From Eledone cirrhosa (Eukaryota): DNA of 64,000 bases. Positions 58,420-64,000 of this stretch are shown one piece after another (positions within the stretch are counted from its first letter, which is position 1; every line of letters begins with the position of its first letter). The notes under the pieces were generated by a model. The model saw only the letters and a program-made list of their open reading frames with translations, was not told the DNA's origin and did not search any database. A program made the translations under genes and the position numbers. The DNA is taken from NCBI GenBank assembly GCA_964016885.1, contig OZ024740.1, forward strand, positions 263,686,001-263,750,000, given 5' to 3'.

Positions 58420-58745
58420 ATAATTGTTTCTACTTTTCGCACAAGGCCAGCAATTACCCAGTGTATTACTGGTACTTTATTTTATCGACCCCGTAAGGAT
58501 GAAAGACAAAGTTAACCTCGGCAGGATTTGAACTCAGTATCAATTTGTAAATAATTGTTTCTACTTTAGGCAGAAGACCAGCAATTACTCAGTCTCAGTT
58601 CATTACTGGTACTTTATTTTATCGACCCCGTAAGGATGAAAGGCAAAGTCAACCTCGGCGGAATTTGAACGCAGATCGTAAAGGGACGTAACTATGCTGG
58701 AAAGCATGGCGTCCGACCCTCTACCGATACTCCCAATCCACCGAA
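58420..58745 (-). mobile_element. Two tandem SINE copies (one truncated, one near full length)
   Basis: The SINE core appears twice in reverse orientation. Confidence 0.85.
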
Positions 58746-59079
58746 TGCACGCAATTTCTATGTAGACAAAGCGAAAAGATACCTTGTCGAGAATTGTCCT
58801 GATTACACAGGGTAAGCCATTTCTCTACACATTGGAACCCCCGGTAAATAAAGAAAACTGGAAAAGGGTAATTGGAGGTTTGTCAATAAATCATCCATTG
58901 ATATTTCAAGATATTTGATGGCCAAATAAGTAGATTCTTTTTTCTAATTACAAAGAAAATATGAGTTAATCGCAGTTTTTCTTCTATATTGAGTGATGCT
59001 ATAATGTATATTGGGAGTCATTGTTTTTTCTTAATATTTTACAATTCCATATGGAGCTTTCTTCCGTAAGTAACAAATT

Positions 59080-59295
59080 AATTGTTTCTACTTTTGACAA
59101 AAGGCCAGCAATTACCCCAGTGCATTACTAGAACTTTATTTTATCGACCCCGTAAGGATGAAAGGCAAAGTTAACCTCGGTGGGATTTGAACTCAGACCG
59201 TAAGGGCCATATGCTAAAACGCATGACGTCGTAAATGGCCATATGTTGCAATGCATGGCGTCCGATCGTCTACCAATTTTGCAAATCCACCGCCT
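59080..59295 (-). mobile_element. SINE copy with a small internal duplication
   Basis: Core plus head; ggccatatg.. is repeated. Confidence 0.85.
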
Positions 59296-59657
59296 ATTAA
59301 TTACAAATTAACGTGCTCCTGGTGGATTACACTCAGCCCCATTCTTCCTATTTGTTACCAGTCTCACTAATATACCTATTTTTCTCTATATACTGAATAC
59401 ATTTATGTTAAATCAACGTAGATTAATTTGATTCGCTGAAGAGATGTCACGAGATCAAACACTGGTATTTACTTTACCCTGTTCCTTTAAAAAACAAATT
59501 AACCCGTAACAAGAACTGTTAATATATTCTAAAATTCTTATTTGATGCTATTGGAGTTGTCTGACATGCTATTATTTTTGTACTTTAAACATTCCTAGAT
59601 TATGTCAGGGAGTCAAAATATTACACATATACATATTACACAAACAGAATCTCATAT

Positions 59658-62600
59658 ATGTATGTATGTTCTTCTGGTTTTATAATTTCACAATTTTTTT
59701 CCCAATAGAGAATGAGTCGGTTTCTCACATAGACACAAGACTCTCTCATTGGAATTTATACAACATCAACTAGGTAGATTATGTATGCATGCATGTAGAT
59801 ATGGATGTTATTGTATGTGTGGATGTGTATGTTTTGAGTTGTATGTGTGCATGTGTATATGCTTTGTATCTGTACATGTGTATATGCAGTTATTAGATGC
59901 AAAATATTTGGAATGTTTTACATATTTTTTCTGTTCCATTAATGGATTGAACTTGTAATTTCCTAACTAGTTGTATTCCTTCTGTTCCTGTGAAGCCCAG
60001 CTTCTCAAGATTTGTATTGAGGCAGTTACTAACATACCCCAGTGCCCCTATAATGACAGGCATAGATCTGAAGGTGTAATCAGGGTGGAGTATCTGCAGG
60101 TTTCTCATCAGTTCTGCATAAATATTCTCCTTTTTGCTAATCTTTGATATTATATTGGCATCTTCTGGGCAGCTAATTTCCACTACTGAGCATGTTTTCT
60201 TCTCCCTGTACCATATCGTATCTGGTCTGTTATGCCTGCATTTTATTGGGGGTTTTACTGGAACATTCAACCAGTACTCTTTCATATTATGTACATTCAT
60301 GTCTTCCACATTGCCGTAGCTTTTAATGTGTTTATTATCGGGGCTATCTTTTTTACGGACTGCATTGTACAGTGTTTTGGCCACTACATCATGCCTCATA
60401 GGTAGATAGTATCGTGATGACATCTTTGGATAGCTGCTGTTGACATGGGTGATATCCTCGATGTTAGTTCTGCAGAGTCTGCACTTGAAATCATATATAG
60501 GTGTTTTGCCTGCATCCCTATCTCTTTTGTGAATCAGGTATTTCGTCTTAATCTCCTGTTCTTGGATTGCAAAAACGTATCCTTCAAAGTGGGAGCCAAT
60601 ATAGCGGTTGTTGGTCCAAGATAGACTACTTTCTTTATATATATTACTCTCACTATGGAGCTTCCTGGCAACATATCAATGCATGATTTTTTGCTGATAA
60701 GCATGCAGTATTTCATCCATGGATTCACTGCAATGCTGCTGAGCGACTGCTCTGGGTGTGAGTTTTTGATTATATCACAGGAAATATCTCTGGAGGAATT
60801 CCTTCCCAACTCTCATGTTCTTATCTGTTTCATGCAGACAGACTTGCTCAAGAGACGGACTCCTACGCTTCGAGGTTCGTAGATGTTGTCGGGGGGATAT
60901 GATGCGACATTCAAATGCTGTTAGGCCTTTGCATCCCTGCTTTCGTTTCAAGTACAGGCAGTCTATGTCAATGTTGATGTGGAAATTTCCGGTGTTGTTT
61001 AGTATTTTTCGAGTTCCAACATCAACTGCTCGTATTTCGTCTATCGTCCAATTGAGTATTCCAAACGTTGGTGTTAGGACAGGCACAGCAAACACATTGT
61101 GGGCCATTGTTTTGTTTTGCGCAGAGAGTTCCGATGGCCAAATCTTTCTTATTGAGGTGTAGTATTCCCTGGTTACGCGTTCCTTATTACAGATACCATT
61201 ATAGGATATGTTCTCATCTATCCCCAGGTATCTGTAGAAGTCCTCATCAGATATCGCAGAAAGAGTTAGGTGATTGATGACAATATTGTTAGATTAGGGT
61301 GTTGTTTTTCCCGCTTTGCAGTCATGAATGTGCATTTATCTTGGCCAAAAACCATTCCTATATCCTTTGAAAACGTTGTAACCAGGTCAAGATTTTTCTT
61401 CATTCCATCCATGTTTTTGGCATAGAGTTTCAGATCGTCCACAAAGAAATTATGGGTTAGGTTCGTATTTCTGTCCTCCCGTGAGTCAATGAGGTATCCC
61501 TCACATTTATTGAGCAGAAAGGACAAGGGGTTTAATGACAAGATGAATAATATCACAGAGAGACTGTCTCCCTGAAATATACCCCTGCGATATTTTATTT
61601 TATCAGTGAAAATAGAGTCCTCCATCTATGCCTTTAACCTTAGGATTGTAGCCCAAGAAGAAGACATGTTCTCTATGGCTCTGACAATAATGTCTGGGAC
61701 TTTAGCAAGTGGGAGGGCCTCTATCATCCAAGAGTGGGGAACAGAATCGAAAGCTTTCCTGTAGTCCAGCCAGACTGTAGCCATATTCCTAAATTGTCGC
61801 ACCTCCGACATCGCAGTTTTGTTGATAAGGAGTTGTTCAGCATATCTCCAAACCCCTTTCTTTCCAGCTGCTTGTTCATCTGTGATAATGTTATTCTTTT
61901 CTCAGTGATCTTGGAGGAATAGGTTCAGGCAGGCTGTATACATCTTATACATCAGGTTCTGGTATGCAATGGGTCGGTAGTTTTTTGCCAAGTGGGTGTC
62001 TTTGTTCTTGTGGACCAGTAATGTTTGTGCTAATATCAACCATACTGGTATAAGTGTATCTCCTTTAAGAACTTGTTGTAGAGTTCAGTAAGATACCTCC
62101 GATAGAATATCAGTTTTTTGTACCAATAGCCGACAATCATGTCTCTTCCTGGTGTTTTCTTACCTTGGAATTTTCCTATCACAGTCTCAAGGGTACCCTC
62201 ACTATTTCGTATGTTTTTGTTGTAGTGTAGGAGCTCTAGTTCTTTCGGATTTCTCTTAGCCACACTGCATCTTGGTTGAAATCTTCTTTTTACCCCATAT
62301 TTTGCTCCAAACGGAATCTATGTCTTTCTGGGATGGGGCCTCAGTGACACTTATTATTTTGTTCTTCATATCTCTAGAGACTGATGTTTGGTTTCGTCTG
62401 AATCTTTTATTAAGCACTTTTTTCTCATCTACCTTCTTCAGGTATCGGCGTTTTTCGCTAACAGCTCTCAATTCTTGTTTGAGGGTCATCAGCTTATATT
62501 GAAGAGTTCTGGTTCTACTGTTACCAAACATCGTCTCTATTTTATTTTTCACTCTTTGTTGGTGTGGAGTGAGTTTTTTTGTGTTTGTTTGCATGTAAGG

Positions 62601-63750
62601 AGCATTGTCACCTATCCTATGGTTTTTCGTAGGTCAGCAATCTTTTTTTCTATTTTAGTTATATATGATTGTATTTTTGGTGGTGTTTTGTTCTTGTTAA
62701 TATCTCTGCTATCACCAAGATAATGCTTTAGTGTCGTTGCTAAGGCATATAAACAGGCGTTGATTTGCCAAAATGTTGAGGTTTTTATCCTGCTATTTCG
62801 TCAATAACACGTAATATTTCAATGTTTGTTTTTTTTGTTATTAAACATTGTCGTTTTAACACGTTCAGCAAGAGAGATATTTATACATGAATTAATTTCT
62901 CTCTGGAAGATTTCGTTGAGGGAAATTTTCAATTGTTTATACTTTTGATTATTATCATTATCGATAGTATTTTCCACAACAGTCGGGGTAGACTCGGATG
63001 GTACACGTGGTTTCAAATTTCTTCGATTATTATTATAATTATTATTATCGATAGTATTTTCCCCAGCATTCGACGTAGATTTAGATGGTACAGCTGGTGT
63101 CAAGTTTCTTACAGGCATAGTTGTTGCAAGATGCTGTTCGACATTGGCTGCTAGGAAGTCTAGTAGCATGACGACCTGTAGCACATGTTGTTGATCCCAT
63201 GTTTTTTGTGGGGCACTTACAATTACTAATATTTATCTTATTTTAACGTTCAACAAACGTCGCTTTTTGGCGTAATTGTTTCGCTGTGAAATAATTTAGC
63301 TCTGGGTGCATTTCGTCCCAGTGTAGCTTCATTCTATTCATATAGCCAATGGAGGGATTGTTTTTTTGCCATTTTATAACAATTGAATAAATCATTATTA
63401 AGTTCCCAACTCCAAGAGAAATGCGATTTGTAATTTCGGTTTCTTCTATAGCTACAACTGAATAAAGTTTGTTTACCTTTCTTGTTGTTTGTCTTCGATA
63501 CTTCCTTTATTTTATTGTTGATATTGTGTTCAGCCATGATGTTTGTAGCAAATCCAATCCTTGTAAAATGAATTATGTATTTAGTCGGATATATCTACGA
63601 ATTCGAATAAAAGGTGTACTCAGAGGATATAGTTAGAAGAATAACGAGTTATCTAACATGACTATAGTTGTGGCATTACTGTCGGAGATAGTATTTATCT
63701 TAAATTTAAAAAAATAGTCTGCCAGGTCAAAATATGCGACTGATCGCGTT
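59658..63750 (-). mobile_element. Apparently full-length, decayed R4/Dong-type non-LTR retrotransposon (RT + CCHC + restriction-like endonuclease)
   Basis: NYRPI, WLDYRKAFDSVPHSW, RGIFQGDSLS, FFVDDLKLY, CRLC...H, RHD, RPD..VVEISCP..K (PD-D/ExK); (CATA)n tail. Confidence 0.88.
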
Positions 63751-64000
63751 ATGTATGTTTTATGTATGTTCTTCTGGTTTTATAATTTCACAAAGTTTTA
63801 CAATATAGAGAGAGTCGGTTTCTAACATAGACACAAGACTCTCTCATTGGAATTTACACAACATCAACTAGGTAGATATGTATGTATGCATGCATATGTA
63901 GATATGGATGTTATTGTATGTGTGGATGTGTATATTTTGAGTTGTATGTGTGCATGTGTATATGTTTGTATCTGTACATGTGTATATGCAGTTATTAGAT
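63751..64000 (-). mobile_element. 3' UTR of a second R4/Dong-type copy in head-to-tail tandem (runs off the window)
   Basis: 63761-64000 repeats 59661-59898 with a period of 4100 bp. Confidence 0.88.

Overview
AT-rich, microsatellite-saturated eukaryotic intronic or intergenic DNA. The SINE type and (TA)n/(CA)n density suggest an octopus-like cephalopod (inference). No host gene is recognisable, and nearly all entries in the ORF track are translations of microsatellites. The window is dominated by decayed mobile elements: five Penelope-like element (PLE) pieces (Naiad-type at 1-396, 12.6-15.8 kb and 31.2 kb; Neptune-type at 27-28.2 kb and 40.1-46.6 kb), a further PLE remnant at 31.9-32.3 kb, a Tx1/L1-type LINE, a full-length R4/Dong-type LINE with a second copy in tandem, RTE fragments, a deleted mariner, a non-autonomous Helitron and many SINEs. 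The strongest signal is more than 25 type I hammerhead-ribozyme (HHR) motifs, found by eye. Most lie in short non-coding, fold-back cassettes inserted in (TA)n tracts and belong to at least 10 sequence families. Some families show compensatory base-pair changes, a TATA-core-HHR layout, long stem II inserts or U3-A8 core variants. Together they look like a retrozyme-like system of non-autonomous PLE-mobilised RNAs. Also notable is a Neptune-type PLE with a separate coiled-coil-like ORF1 ending at an in-phase T-TTT-TTA slippery site just before the RT-GIY-YIG region. All structures and translations were derived by hand and none is experimentally or computationally validated.
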